A DNA stretch of 64,000 nucleotides from Chrysomallon squamiferum (Eukaryota; Animalia; Mollusca), in assembly GCA_012295275.1 (NCBI GenBank), contig CM022670.1:23312001-23376000 (forward strand), written 5' to 3'. A program made the position numbers and the translations under genes. Numbering within the stretch: the first letter of the stretch is position 1; every line of letters begins with the position of its first letter. Shown here in pieces: positions 28,701 to 42,544 of the stretch. Below the pieces are notes generated by a model that saw only the letters and a program-made list of their open reading frames with translations, had not been told where the DNA came from and ran no database searches.

Positions 28701-30007
28701 AACAAAAAAACAAATCGTGACGTTTCGTCTTTGCCAATGATGAATTTAAATTGGAGAAACTGCAAACGAATAGAACAGAGTCTATTAAGACTTGGTCGAT
28801 TGCCTGTGAATTAATCCGTTACGTTTGTTCGAGACCAAAGATCTTTTCATATAAACCCTCATAGGACATGCACGGTGTTTGCAAATGGATTTTAAAACAT
28901 TAGCCATGTCTACGAGCAGAGGTGCTCTTTTTGTATGTGGAGGAAAGCAAGCAAAAACGAAATTAAATACTCGTTTACTCGAGTATTCTTGTGTCGTGTA
29001 GTCCCGGTGATAACGTAATTCCGCAGCAAATATTTGAGTGTGATTATTGCATAGAATATTACACATCGTCAAATAATTTACACTCAGATAGATTCTAAAA
29101 GAAAACTACAACAAAACATATCAATTTCTTTTCTGTTATTTTTTTATTTTTTTATTTTTTATTTTTTCATCATTTTGAGACCTTTCTTGTTTTGCATAGA
29201 GTATGAATATTCTGTTCAAGTTACCAGAAATGAAAAAAAAAAAAAAAATCAATAAAATAATAATAATAAAAAAAAAAATCAAAAACATCATTAGCTTCTT
29301 ATTACTAATAATTAAAAATATAACAAAATAAAAATTAATGAATAAATCTGATACCGTTGTTAATTTTAAGCTGGTCACCAGATGCACTTAAACATGCAAA
29401 GATGATTCGCTTTTAAAACAAAAGATAATGCACACAATTCTTGATTTATAAAATATTAAAAATTAAAACGATTTTAAAAAGAAAAAAAAAAATTAGAGGA
29501 CTGCTGGCTCTGCATAATTTCTGTAATCCATCATAGTTCAGACATAAGCTTGAAGACGCCTGGATTTGATGTCTTGTCTGAAACACAATGACGCTCCCGA
29601 TGTCGTGAAATGAACTGCATACTCTCCTGGACCACTCGTTTTGAAGTCAGTGCGCCTCCAGAGAATAGAAACATTATGCAGAAACCCAGTTCGTGAATAT
29701 TAGTTGCTAATAACGGTTCAGGTCGGCCCTCGCTCAACAAATGGGTGGAGTTTCATGTAATAACATTATTAATAGTTTGCCGAGATTCGGACACATCCCG
29801 TCTTGTGATTGAACAAGCACGCGATGGAAATCTGAGAGAAAATAAATTGTGTTAACGTGTATTACCCTGATTTTTCCTTAGTGATTTCACATCTAATGGA
29901 TGTCACAAAGGTGACAGTCTCGGCACATCTTAGAGTTCAGCTAAAGCAAAAATCTTAAAACTAAAACAAAACTGATTAGATCTTCTTCTTTTAATTATTA
30001 TTATTAT

Positions 30008-30043
<36 letters not shown>

Positions 30044-30425
30044 GAAAGAAAAACTCAAATGTTTTTAATTCCTGGCTATATATATATTTTTTGGTTTATG
30101 TGATCCCCTCCTACTTTAGTCTTTATTACGCATTTTTATTTTTGTCTGCTATTCATATTTCATGAAAGTGTTTTATTTCGTTGTTCTATCGAGTTAACCA
30201 TATACCGGCAAAATATCTCATTAAGCAAGAATGAATAATTCATTCTCGAATGTACTCCAGTGTATTTTTGTGCATACAAACGAGATACAGAAATGATTTA
30301 TTCTGAAAATATTTTGTTTTATCGTCGTTGTCGTTGCTGTTGTATTGCCATTACTACCATCTTTCTTGCTTGTTGCAAATGCTGTATATTTTTATATTCA
30401 CAGACTGCTTTTTCTTTCTTTCCAG

Positions 30426-30579
30426 CTTCGAAATGCGTATTTCCGCCCAAGTGGAGAGGTAAATGGTACCAAAGTGGACTAGGGGAGATTAACATTCACA
30501 AGCATGGCATAGGAAAACCAGATTCCTTGAAAATTACCTGTAAAACCAACCAAGGAAACAAATACTTGCTTCTCGACCC
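30426..30579 (+). CDS. Coding exon A1 (phase 1 to 2): SKCVFPPKWRGKWYQSGLGEINIHKHGIGKPDSLKITCKTNQGNKYLLLDP
   Basis: Acceptor tttctttctttccag, donor gtaagt, 154 nt. Confidence 0.92.
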
Positions 30580-30653
30580 GTAAGTTAAATTATTATTATT
30601 ATTATTTATTTTATTTTATTATTGTCTTTTTTCAATTATAATTTTATATTACG

Positions 30654-30784
<131 letters not shown>

Positions 30785-32307
30785 GACACATACTACCCTA
30801 CACATAATCGCATCTCCGTTCATTCACTTCGCTCAATCACTAGTCATTTGGCGACCTTGTCCTTCATTATGCATGATTTTTTGTCGATTACATATATATT
30901 TCATGAAACTGTTTTGTTTCGTTGTTCTCTCACGTTATCCATTTACTGGCAAATCATCCCATTAACCGTTTAATGAATAATTCATTGCTCGGGGACTCCT
31001 GTTTATTCAGTTCACATCAAAGCCTGATTCTAAAAGATAATGTCTCTTTCTTGCCTAAATAAATAACTCGATAGTCTTTCACGAATTAAAACGAACCTTT
31101 ATTCGGTAGAACTTTTGTAGAAGGCCGCAGCATCAGACAAAAATATTTATAGCTAAAAGAATCGTGTTTAACTACGTACGACTGTACGTCATTCGATACA
31201 GACACTGCACTGTGCAACGTACTTTATTGATGGTCATCTGCCTTTTCAAAGTTCACCTTGGTTACGAGAAAACGATTTTCGAGACAAGAGCAAAACGCTT
31301 GCGAAGGGAATCTATCGAGTAGTTGTCTTACGTAAATTTCATCCTGACAGTATGTTCTTTTCATCTCCGTTGATGTATGTGGTGGTGTTCGATCGCAACG
31401 ATTCTCACAGTTAATCTGATAATTCGAATTTATTATTTACATGCTTGTCTAATGGCGTGTTGTGTTTCAGATAAATAGCTGTCTCTCCACTAAGAGGAAA
31501 AAAAAAAAAAAAAAATATTGTAAATTATTGTTATTCACTTTGTTCCATTCGGTTCTTTTCTTTACTGCTGTTTTGTCTCCTTCTCATTTTTATTTTATGC
31601 TTTTTCAGTCTTCATGTTTATTTTGTTTCGTCTCTTGTGGTTCGTTTATTTAATTTGGTTCCGTCGTCTTATGTTGTTTTGTTGTTTTTTTTCTATTCTA
31701 TTCAGTTCTGTTCTAATTTTGTTCTTTTTTTTTCTAAAAATTAGTGTGTTTTGTATTCTGTTCTGAACGGTTATAATCTAATGTCAGTTTCAATTAATTT
31801 TTGTACGTTGCATTTAATGCTATTCTTTTATCACTTAACGGCTGAGTAAACCTTTATACATCTACGTATTACCAAATCCCGAGACTAGATAATCGTGTAT
31901 TCTGCCATTTCTATATATCATTAAATATTAAGAAGGTAATATTTTTGGTGCAGCGGGCTTTTGTTTTCCAGATGACATTTTACAAAGACCAAAACAATTT
32001 AGCAATTTTTTTTATTTTAAAACGTTATTACGTTTGATTTAAATCAAAGACATAACTTTCATTTTGTGTTAAAATATTTGCTGTTACTTGTACTAAGAAA
32101 CAAAAGCATCAGTTAAACTGAATGTATATTTCATTTACAAGATGACAATTCTTATTTCATTTAAATACAACAGTCTAACAACAATTTTTTTTTTTTAAAT
32201 TAATTAATCAATAAGTTTAAAATTAATAGCTTTGTTGGAGTTTTTAACCGTTGTATTATCTAGGGAGACCATATTTTCTACAGTAATAAAATAATAATAA
32301 TATTAAC

Positions 32308-32343
<36 letters not shown>

Positions 32344-32693
32344 TTTTTTTTTTTTTCCTGTTGTTAATCTGGAAGTCCTAACGTACAGGTGTGAATACTG
32401 ATGCAGGAATCCCATCCATCAATTTTATTGCCTTCTGTATCAAGACCCTGACAAAAATATTGTGTTTTATTTTGTAATCTTAGTTTTGCAATTTAGTGCA
32501 TGACGTAACATATTCTACAATTCCTTGATGTTCCCATCAATTTTAAAAAAGCCAGCGATTTACAAAGTTGATTACGCTATAAAATTTTGTGCTCCCAATT
32601 TGATGGATCATCAGATGAGCGCATACAGAGAAGAAAACGTGAATCGCTCTCTGATCGTCTGTTACGCTTGTTTGCTCTTCTTGTTTTTTGCAG

Positions 32694-32761
32694 AACGAAG
32701 CAGTGTTTTGTGTGCCTGGTTTTTACTCCTCAACACGAGAACGTGTTGCAGTTCAAAGAGA
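32694..32761 (+). CDS. Coding exon A2 (phase 2 to 1): TKQCFVCLVFTPQHENVLQFKE
   Basis: Acceptor ttgttttttgcag, donor gtaagt, 68 nt; in frame with neighbours. Confidence 0.92.
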
Positions 32762-35523
32762 GTAAGTTGCATTAAATGTTTATTATTTTTATTTATCTTG
32801 AAATAAATACCACCTACGATTATCTGAAACGACAGGTTCAGAATGAATGCAAAGATTAATGGCATTCCTTAAAAGCTGTCAACGAAACTAAAAAGATTAT
32901 GTACATTAGTTTGGTGTGTTGATAAATGTGTATTTAGTTTAAATTATTGAATTACACAAACTTTAACTGCATTTGTAATCATATTACGTTAAGATATATG
33001 TTTAAATCTTGTATATTTGAGATTAGTTCATGTTTTCTTTGATTTTTATTTTTTTATTTTTTTTTTTTTTTTTTTTTTTATTATTTATGTTATAAATATC
33101 TCATAGATACATGCTGTTTTGTCTAAAATATTTACCTAGCTTTAATATATAATTATGACATTTTTTTTTTATTTTCAACAGTAATATTTTAAAATTTATG
33201 TCAGAGCTTATTATTATTGTATGTCCATTAGTTATTTTTGAGAAGTGTATTTCCCAGTTCTATAACATAAAATGTGACAGGAGCATCCTTTGATCCCTAA
33301 AAAGATGAACTGCTGGCTTTCTTGCCCGGGGTGTGTACATAAGCGGGGTTCCTGTTAGTTTTCAATAAACGAATTTGTTTTGCGTCAGCAGCGTGTGACA
33401 AAAGGATGGAGGCGAGGTGATTTAAGTATTAAATGAAGCATCAGTAATAATAATGTGGCGAATGATTGTCTACTATTGTCATCTCTACCGTATCCAAACA
33501 AGTTTTACTTTATGAACGTTCAATCTTAGGATTTCTAAAGCACCATTGTGTAGACTTGATTCAGCGGAAGTCCTAACTCGAGCGCCGTCTATCCGAGTTT
33601 TTGAATTATCTTTGCTTCCAAGGGAGGCGACAAAGGCGTTTGTGCCTGGTTCTAAATGCAAAGTTATTTGTCCGTGATACCACCTGCCTCTCAAAGTAGC
33701 ACATGTTAAAAGTTATTTTGTTCATATGTGTTGATAATATTTCTACAATGCTTCCTAACAAAGCCTTTCTCGCGAACGATATTCTGTAAACTGAAGTCAA
33801 CCAGTCATGCGAAGTAATATACTTTTCAGAAATAAAAATAAACGTACTTGCTTTGCTGATCGTATTGTTTTTAATTTCAAATATTTTTTATAATTATCTG
33901 ATTATAACGTATCATCTTCAAGCGGTATGTATTTAAATGCTTCAGTGTAAAATTTATTTATATTATTATTATAATTATTGTTATTATTATTATTAATATT
34001 ATCATTATAATACACTTTGAAATTCATTTTTAAGTATGGAAGTTATTTATTTTTTTTTTTTATCAATTTTTTTTTTACATACCACTGTGTATATTTGGTG
34101 GTGTTTATACCTACGACAATTTTTGTTTATTTATTTATTTATTTAATTATTTTTAAAATTAGATTTAGCAAATAGATTTAGCAAATAATACTTCGGTAGA
34201 TTTCTATTAATAACGCAATAGCAGTTATACGAAAGCTTTGTTACGTAATAGTGAAGCTTATTTCTTAACGTAGATGATCTTAAAACTACATACGAATGCA
34301 CACCATTCTCTTTAATTTTCTGATGATATTATTTCAATTTAGTATCAATTTCTAAGAACTGAAAAAAAAAAATCGCCATCTCAAAATAAAGATTTCTTTA
34401 TCTTTCTCGCTGTCCGGTTTGTTAAAACATCAAAGTGGATTTCACGCAAGCTGAATCCACTGACTCTTTGTCCGTGACGGTACACCTTTGATCTTCGTAA
34501 TGTGTTTTCAATGATGTTTGCCAATCTGTTGACATTAGGTACAATAATATTCCATACCTATAGCGGCGTAAGACTCGATGATATGGATTCCTTGCTCTGT
34601 ATCCTGGAGGTGTTGGTTCTGAAAACACTGGAAAAATTGCTGTCCGGACGGTCTTTTGTGACGCCATCATCAGCGACTAATCGTTGCCTATTGATAATTC
34701 CTCACGGGAGTTTCGCATAGAAGTATTAACTGAGTGAAAGGGAGGGTCGGGTTACCGCCTCGGTTAAGCTGTGTGTGTTTAATAGACGTTATTTCTGTCA
34801 TGTTAGAAGCGAAAATTATCTCAGAGAAATGAAAAAAAAAAAAAAAAACAATCTGATCAGTGGTGTCGTAACGAGAACGATAATGTATTACAATACTAAT
34901 GACAAGTTATTTAAGGCTCAGTTTATAAATAAAACTGCAATGAAGTAACCGATTAGAAATATATTAAATCAGCTTTGAAAACCTGGATTCTTTCTCTGTA
35001 AATGTTTATGTTTAATAGGATTTATAGAAATCATTAACTCGAACTTTGTTTTATAGGAATAAGCTTAATTAACTGTACTTTATTACTGTACTTTGTTTTT
35101 CGTTGTTTTTGTCAGTACGAACTGACACTTCGTACTGATTAATGTAACTAAATGCGTTCCAAAACTGCAGAATGTAAACATGTATTGTATTGATCCATTT
35201 TAAATATTTGTCATTGTTTTATTTCATGACATTTTATGGTATTTACATGTTATGTGTATTTATTATAGCGCAAGTAAAATCAGACGATTGATTTATTTAA
35301 AGTTCAGAAGTATTTTATTTTAAGTATTGGTTTGTGCTATCGGTTCTTGCATTAATTTATTTCTTTGAAGGTCATGGATGTACTAGTTTATAACGAACAG
35401 TTTCGTTAACATTTTCAGCAATGCGGTAGTCGTATTTAGTTAGAGAAAAATTTAACATCATTTTTTTAATACTCTGTGAAATATTATTCGTAATTTAAAA
35501 CTTTTTTCTTATCTTTTCGTCAG

Positions 35524-35604
35524 GTTTCTGCGTTCGAGATGACAACATCGCCAGCGTGTGTGGACGAATCACTGGTGACTTTGTCCTCTACACAATAGTA
35601 AAAG
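35524..35604 (+). CDS. Coding exon A3 (phase 1 to 1): SFCVRDDNIASVCGRITGDFVLYTIVK
   Basis: Acceptor cttttcgtcag, donor gtgggt, 81 nt. Not in the ORF track. Confidence 0.9.
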
Positions 35605-36437
35605 GTGGGTGACAAACGTGTAAACGACATCGCGAACCTTCCTACCATTGTGAACAATTCTGGATCAAACTAAAATGATAGCACACTATTATTGCAACCT
35701 ACACCTAAAAACTTAAGTATACAGGAATCACAGAGAACGTCATCCCATGTAAACAATGCGTGATCACGTTTGTCCATAAACGTTTTGTTATTTTTTTATT
35801 TACAAAAGAAGTGATGCACATTGCCAAGGTCTGTGGTTTGCGACCTGTCTGTTCTGTTTGTGTAAATCATCACGCTACAGAGATTATCGTTCTCAACCCT
35901 TTTTATGAACATTCTGCAGAGTTTGACCTTTCGTTCTGTTGATCTTAGACACTTTATGCGCTTCCAAACATGCTCGTTTGGTATTTGATTTGGAAGGAAA
36001 TTCAAAGGAAAGCATTATTTGTGTTTGCTGTGTATATGTCGAGCAATGTTAAGCGACTTGTATACAAAGTATATCAGTTACATAAAAGACTTTAGAAAGA
36101 GGGAAGAAAATCTATATGTAATGGGGGAAATCTATCACTATATATTTGTTTAAAGACATTTATTAATTGCTATAAGTCATGTAATAATGTAAAACATGTA
36201 TGAAATATAGAATAAAAACTTTGATTTACTGGCTTAATGTGAAGAGACAATCTGAATTAATTTGAAATATAATTATTAAGACATATTAATACACACTTAA
36301 TCTTAAATATTAAAGTGGTCGTTTTTAGCTTACGATCATCATGTAAGAGAGGTAAAGAAAGTAACATTAAACAGTTGTTGTTGTTATTATTATCATTATT
36401 ATTATTAGTAGTAGTAGTAGTTGTATAGTAGAATTAT

Positions 36438-36560
<123 letters not shown>

Positions 36561-36620
36561 TCATTTAGAAAGAAAGGTTTCAGAAACCTCAGCTTCATTT
36601 TGTTTTTGTTTTATTTTCAG

Positions 36621-36800
36621 TCCCGAGTCTGCCCGTCCCCTGTCCTTTCCAAGGCCCTTACTGGTTCACGTACACCAACCACAGCGAGTCGAGTGAAGAG
36701 TGCAGCCAGCCCATGTCTGACATACAGGCTTGTGCTGACCCGTCCCGATTTATATTCCGTTACAGACACTGTCACAGAAACGAACCGCAACAAGTCACAA
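36621..36800 (+). CDS. Coding exon A4 (phase 1 to 1): VPSLPVPCPFQGPYWFTYTNHSESSEECSQPMSDIQACADPSRFIFRYRHCHRNEPQQVT
   Basis: Acceptor ttttattttcag, donor gtgagt, 180 nt. The true frame differs from both track ORFs here. Confidence 0.92.
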
Positions 36801-37550
36801 GTGAGTAGTTGTTTTTGATCGTTTCAGAAATGATTCTGAAAAAATACCGGTGTATATTTTGGAATGAAATACTTGTTGTTGTTTTTTTTTTTTTTTTTTT
36901 TTTTTTGGAGAACTCATTGAAAAAATAAATAAATAAATAAAAAATAAAATTCTGAAAAAATATTGAATTCAGTTAATGAAAAACCTAATGAAAGCAATGA
37001 AAATATGTTAAATTAATGTATTGGGAAAATGTAAGATGTTAAGAAAAATCAAATAAATATTGTAATTAATAAAAAGTTGATGAAAATTCTAGTATTTGTT
37101 GAACAACATTGTGAACACACACACACACACACAAAAATAGATCTTTGTCACAAGTGCTAAATATATTTTACTTAAAAGTGCTACAACGTATCTTATTTTC
37201 ATTATCATCACATCAGCATCATTAATAACATCTCGATCATTTTTTGTTTGAAGTTCAGTATAACATCTAAAATATTACATAATAAAAACTGAATTTACTT
37301 GCTATTAAGACCACATTTAAGATCAAAACCATAATTTTATATCTTTAAAAAAAATCTAAAATATTTTTATATATATATAAAAATATTACATTTTAAATGT
37401 ATTTGAATTACGAACAACATTTTCTTCACGTGTGTACGAAAACTGTTTCACGTGTTTTCAATAATTCGCTGGTGCATCTTTGATTAAAACCTAGTGCCTC
37501 AGTTGTCAAATGTCTTCCTTCATCTCATTTGACCTTTTTTGTCTTTGAAG

Positions 37551-37657
37551 AGCTGGACTTCCGGTGCATGGCTACGTGGTTCAATGGCGAGAAATTTCTT
37601 TACGGGAAGTTCACGGGACCAGGTCTGATTGGCAACGAGAGAAAGTACAGATGTTTT
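37551..37657 (+). CDS. Coding exon A5 (phase 1 to 0): KLDFRCMATWFNGEKFLYGKFTGPGLIGNERKYRCF
   Basis: Acceptor ttttgtctttgaag, donor gtacgt, 107 nt. Confidence 0.9.
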
Positions 37658-38247
37658 GTACGTATTTTGTCAGCTTTACTAATTAGAAATTCTTCCGGTA
37701 ATTGCCGCTACTTTTTCTTCGTTTTTGCCGTTCTAAAGTGTGTGGCGCGGTGAAAAATGTGCCGGAACCGTACACGTGCCAAACATTAAGACAAAATGCA
37801 GAAAAAGAACTGCGCCTGACCTATGGACGTTTAAAGCAATTTTTAATACAGAAAACACATGTTTGGGGTCGAACGTTTGTTAATTGGTTCCTATATTAGC
37901 ATGCTAACTTGTTTAAATTGTTTGTTTTTTCTAAAAAAAAATAAAGATTAACATTTAAGAACGAGAGACGTCTAGTCAATTATTCCAAGATGCTTCGCCT
38001 GTCGGCAGCCAAGCGTTACCTATGTTTGTTGAAACCTTTCTTCTGTCCACAACAGGATTGATTCTAGCACTCCAAGATTACTGACAAATCTAATAATATC
38101 TTTATTTAAATAACTTCAACGCCAGTCCATCTGGTTTGCTTTAAATTTTTGTTTATTTTAATATCCATTAACTGTTGGTTTGTTGCACATTAGTGTCAAA
38201 ATATTGATAATTTAAATTTTCCATTTCGTTCTTTGTCTTTCTGTCTG

Positions 38248-38365
<118 letters not shown>

Positions 38366-38416
38366 TAATAGTTCTCTTTCTCAAATAAATAAATATCATT
38401 ATTTATATTGTTATAG

Positions 38417-38525
38417 ATGTATAGTTTCTGGAGTACCCACGGAGAAATGTCTATGTCGGCAGATGCTACATGTCAAGGTTTACAAAGTCCACGTGTTGGC
38501 GTTCTGACCATGGACCTCAAACACA
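38417..38525 (+). CDS. Coding exon A6 (phase 0 to 1): MYSFWSTHGEMSMSADATCQGLQSPRVGVLTMDLKH
   Basis: Acceptor attgttatag, donor gtaagt, 109 nt. Confidence 0.9.
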
Positions 38526-38710
38526 GTAAGTATTAAATAAATTTTCCTGTTGATATTCTGTTTAATTTGACCACGAGTTTATACTGATTATAACTGCAAA
38601 AGAAAATTCAAAGCATAATTTCTACTCGTATATTTACATTAGAGATGAATATGTATTTGTTATTTTTCAAAATCACAGCATATTTTTGTATTATCTATCT
38701 GTTAAAATAG

Positions 38711-39017
38711 GATTAGAAAAATGGCCGCGACCAGCTTGTGTCTTCCCGGAATTTTTATCCAACACAAAAGTGTGGCGAGACATCAGTGGACAGTTCAAGA
38801 TCCAGCTGGAGTCGGAGAACCAGGTATTCCGCATCATGGACATCGTTGACCCGGGCTTCATCCGCTACAGAGAGGAGAGGTCGGAGTCGCGACTGTCCGT
38901 CAAGTGCATCGAAATCTTCACCGACGCCTTGGACGCCATGCACAACACGAGGACGCCGTACAGATCGGTGCGGAACGAGGAGATGAAATTTGTGACCCAC
39001 ACAACCAATGACTCCTG
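38711..39017 (+). CDS. Coding exon B1 (phase 1 to 2): RLEKWPRPACVFPEFLSNTKVWRDISG...EEMKFVTHTTNDS(C)
   Basis: Acceptor aaaatag (an alternative in-frame AG ends at 38716), donor gtaggt, 307 nt. Strong GC3 codon bias. Confidence 0.9.
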
Positions 39018-39847
39018 GTAGGTATTGATCAGACCTCCCAGCCATGCAATTATAGACACTAATCAGATTAGAGCTGCGACTCTGCCCATCGACTGCCAGT
39101 GTCAACACGACTCAAAGACGATTACGCTGCATGTCTCGCTCAGCGTGAGCTTAACTCGCGCGGCAGATCCGAACCGTCTTGTTTCTAACTCGCGGCCCGT
39201 CCCCTCGGCAGTTCTCAATAGATCGTAAACTTTCTATGGGAACCAGTGCGTTACTTTTAAGGTATGAAAGGAAATCGACATTTTGCCTCAAACTGAAGAG
39301 AATGACGTCCAAATGGGTTGCCGTCTTCATAGAACACTTTGATTTGTTCAGCTAATGTCAAGTCTGTGAATTTTTTTTTTTTTTTTTTTTTTTTTTATAT
39401 ATATATAAATGTTACAAAGATATATAATGCATGAGTCTTTGTCTGAAAGCCTGCAGCGATTACGTGTTGAAATTTCAGTTTTTATTAAAAATTTATAGTA
39501 TTTCTGAAAACTAGTATTTTCCATTCCCTATTTATTTATTTATTTATACGTTCATATATATATATAATTTTTTATTTTTCTAAATTTGTTTTCTAAAATC
39601 TATAACATCACAAGTTAAAAAAACAACAAAAAATAAACATAAGCTAATGTTCCAAGATATGAATCTTGCAGGTATCATTTAAGTTTAAAAAGAAATGGCT
39701 TGTAAATGATTTAGTTAAGACGTCAGAGGCGATTTTAGTAAGTAAAACTGAAAGTGGAATACACCATTAGTTGGACAGCACCCAAGACAAAATGCTCGCC
39801 TTATCTAAAATCATTTTAAAAAATAGCTTTAAAAATGTTTTTTCCAG

Positions 39848-39912
39848 CGTATCAGCATACCAGTGTGTTCGAGTTATCAAGAAAGCTCACTCCGTGGTGC
39901 AGATTATTTTAG
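39848..39912 (+). CDS. Coding exon B2 (phase 2 to 1): (C)VSAYQCVRVIKKAHSVVQIIL(G)
   Basis: Acceptor tttttttccag-type pyrimidine tract, donor gtaaga, 65 nt. Completes the split TG|C Cys codon. Confidence 0.9.
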
Positions 39913-40549
39913 GTAAGATAAATATTTCGTTTAGATAAATATTTTTTTTTTTTGCTGAATTAGACAAACACAGGCATTCACTATGAACGTAAACGTTACC
40001 AGAGTCAAATGTTGTTTGTTTTTTTCTGTTGTTTTTGATATGATACATTCTCATAGCACTTATTTTCTGCAGTAAAGAAATAGTAGCTTCCATTACAGAA
40101 TGAACTGTATTTAATAGTATTATCCCGTTCATTCATTTCTTTCTCAGTCTTTTTCTTTTTTCTTCTTAACTTTCTTTCTTTCTTTATATTTTTGTATATT
40201 TATTAACATTATACTCATCTTTATTATAGCAGTTACTGTCATTGTCGTTTATAATGTATTTATTACTTAATACGTGAATATTGTAATACAAGCCTGCTTT
40301 TCCTGTGACTCATGTTAGGTGATTTATGTAACCTGTCAGTGTTTAACTCAGTTAATAGTTTGGTGCAAGGTAACATTTATCTCTACCTTCAGGTGATTCG
40401 AACTTCTACAGAAAACATTAATGCGTTTTTTCTGTTTGGCTCAGGTGAAGGATAAACGTAATAAATCATAAATTTTACATGTCACCCGAATTACATTGAC
40501 TGAGTTTTAAAATCAATTTAATTTTTAAAATTGCATTTATTATGGCTTC

Positions 40550-40599
40550 AGATTATTATAATTATTGTTGTTACTGTTGTTCTTGTTCTTCTTCTTCTG

Positions 40600-40646
<47 letters not shown>

Positions 40647-40735
40647 TACTACTACTACTACTGTTGTTGTTATTGTTATTGTTTTATTATTATTGCTGTT
40701 ATTCTTATTCTTATTTTTTTCTTCTTCTTCTTCTT

Positions 40736-40809
<74 letters not shown>

Positions 40810-40822
40810 TAATATTATTATT
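40550..40822. repeat. Compound (ATT)/(ACT)/(GTT)/(CTT) trinucleotide array
   Basis: Directly visible; abuts the acceptor of exon B3. Confidence 0.92.
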
Positions 40823-40831
40823 GCTTTTCAG

Positions 40832-40906
40832 GTACAACTACTGAAAATCGTTTCAGTGCATGTGCAGCGTACAATTTCCACCATTCCCAGAAATACACTC
40901 TGATTC
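40832..40906 (+). CDS. Coding exon B3 (phase 1 to 1): GTTTENRFSACAAYNFHHSQKYTLI
   Basis: Acceptor gcttttcag, donor gtaagt, 75 nt. Confidence 0.88.
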
Positions 40907-42230
40907 GTAAGTTTGATTTCTTGAGTAGTGAGTCTGAGCAAGGAGGATTTTTTTTCCTCATAACTTCTGTAATAATTTATTACTTTACATACATTATACC
41001 GACCGGTAATATAACTGGAACTAAAACTCGCTAGGTGCTCACCGCGTTTTTCCAATAACCCAGAATTATTGCACGTTACCCCGCCGACATTAAAAGCGGT
41101 GCGCGGACATGTTCTGGTATATATTGTTATCCTCTAGCATTTACGATTTTGCTTGAAGGAAGATTTTTATGACCAGTCTGAACATTACCCTAGTTTTATA
41201 GTGATTGAAATCCTTCCAAAACTCGTAAATCTATCGCTCAATAAATACACAGATGAAAGGAAAATTACCATTGCTTGTCTTATATCTTTTGTTTCAACCA
41301 TATCTGAGAAATGCTCGCTGTTATGGGATTGTGTGCGTAATGCCTGGGTACGCGAAATGACGTAATTAAATCATTACAGTCGCGCAAAAGAGGATATAGA
41401 TTATAGTTTTATGTACATTTTGTTGAATTCTTGGGTTTTTATCATGTGAAACCTGTGATTGTATGGTTCTTAAATTAAGTAAAAGCTCTTCCTGGAGCAC
41501 ATCCTAAAGCTTCTGATGGCGAAAAACGTGAAAATTAAACGTGAATTAAACTATGAAGTTCTCTTAACGTAACAACTGAAAAACAATAAAAAACAACAAA
41601 AAAATTATAAATAAATAAAAAATAAAGTAAAATAAAAAATAATAATAATAAAAAAAATAAAATAAAAATCTCTTTCCGTTCAGTTTTTCTCATTTCTTTT
41701 TTTATTTTTATTTATTTATTTATGTCGCTCAGATGAGATTTTAGATGAGGTTAATGTTCAACTGTCTCTACGCAGTTATGAGACAATCTGACAACAACGA
41801 AGTTTAAATTAAATTAAATTAACAGCGGAGCTGGAATTGGAAGTAATTTAAAAATTACACTGCATGTTAATTACTGTAATGCGACTGACAATAAAATGTT
41901 AGCTTTTCACTGACATCCACTGTGAAACGAGATGATTAATTATTGTAGCTATAATTATATTTTTTAACAATCGTCCAGGGGAAAAAAAAAATTATAATAT
42001 TTATGAATTCGCCACTGGATCACTCATTGTATAGGATTATCAAACACTGTGTTGGTTATCTACTGCACTATTGTAAAGGTTTTTACAACATAAAGAATAT
42101 ATGCAACCGAATATTCCAGAGAAAGTATTTAAGAGCTCTATGTGAAAGAAGTATTACGAAAAGAAAACGAATTACGTTAACTTCATGCTATTTAATCTTA
42201 ACAGCGTTTTCTGTTTTCTGATCCTTTCAG

Positions 42231-42380
42231 CTATGAACGTGAAGCCAACGGCGTGTCCCTTCCCAGGCAGCTACAACTACATGGCGGAGAGGTCCGACTG
42301 CAGCGGAAAACTTGAAGTGGGATGCGGCAAAGATTCGGAGATGGTTGTAAAAACAACATGTGGGTCGGGACAGAACACAG
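42231..42380 (+). CDS. Coding exon B4 (phase 1 to 1): PMNVKPTACPFPGSYNYMAERSDCSGKLEVGCGKDSEMVVKTTCGSGQNT
   Basis: Acceptor atcctttcag, donor gtaaat, 150 nt. Confidence 0.92.
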
Positions 42381-42508
42381 GTAAATTATTCGTTTAAAAT
42401 ACGGACAGGGCTTTAAAAATAAATGTAATGATAATAAAAATAAATTTAAAAAAAAATAAAGAAAGAAATAATTACAAGGAAGAAAAAAGGGAAAAGAAAG
42501 AAAGTGAA

Positions 42509-42544
<36 letters not shown>

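Noticed and set aside
35112-35152. 10-bp stem hairpin TCAGTACGAA-7-TTCGTACTGA as a Helitron 3' end
   Set aside because: It is followed by CTAA-A rather than CTRR-T, the stem is not GC-rich, and no matching 5' end or second copy was seen.
38755-39108. 117-aa antisense ORF and alternate-frame ORFs over exon B1
   Set aside because: Expected by-product of strong GC3 bias in the sense exon; no recognisable motif.
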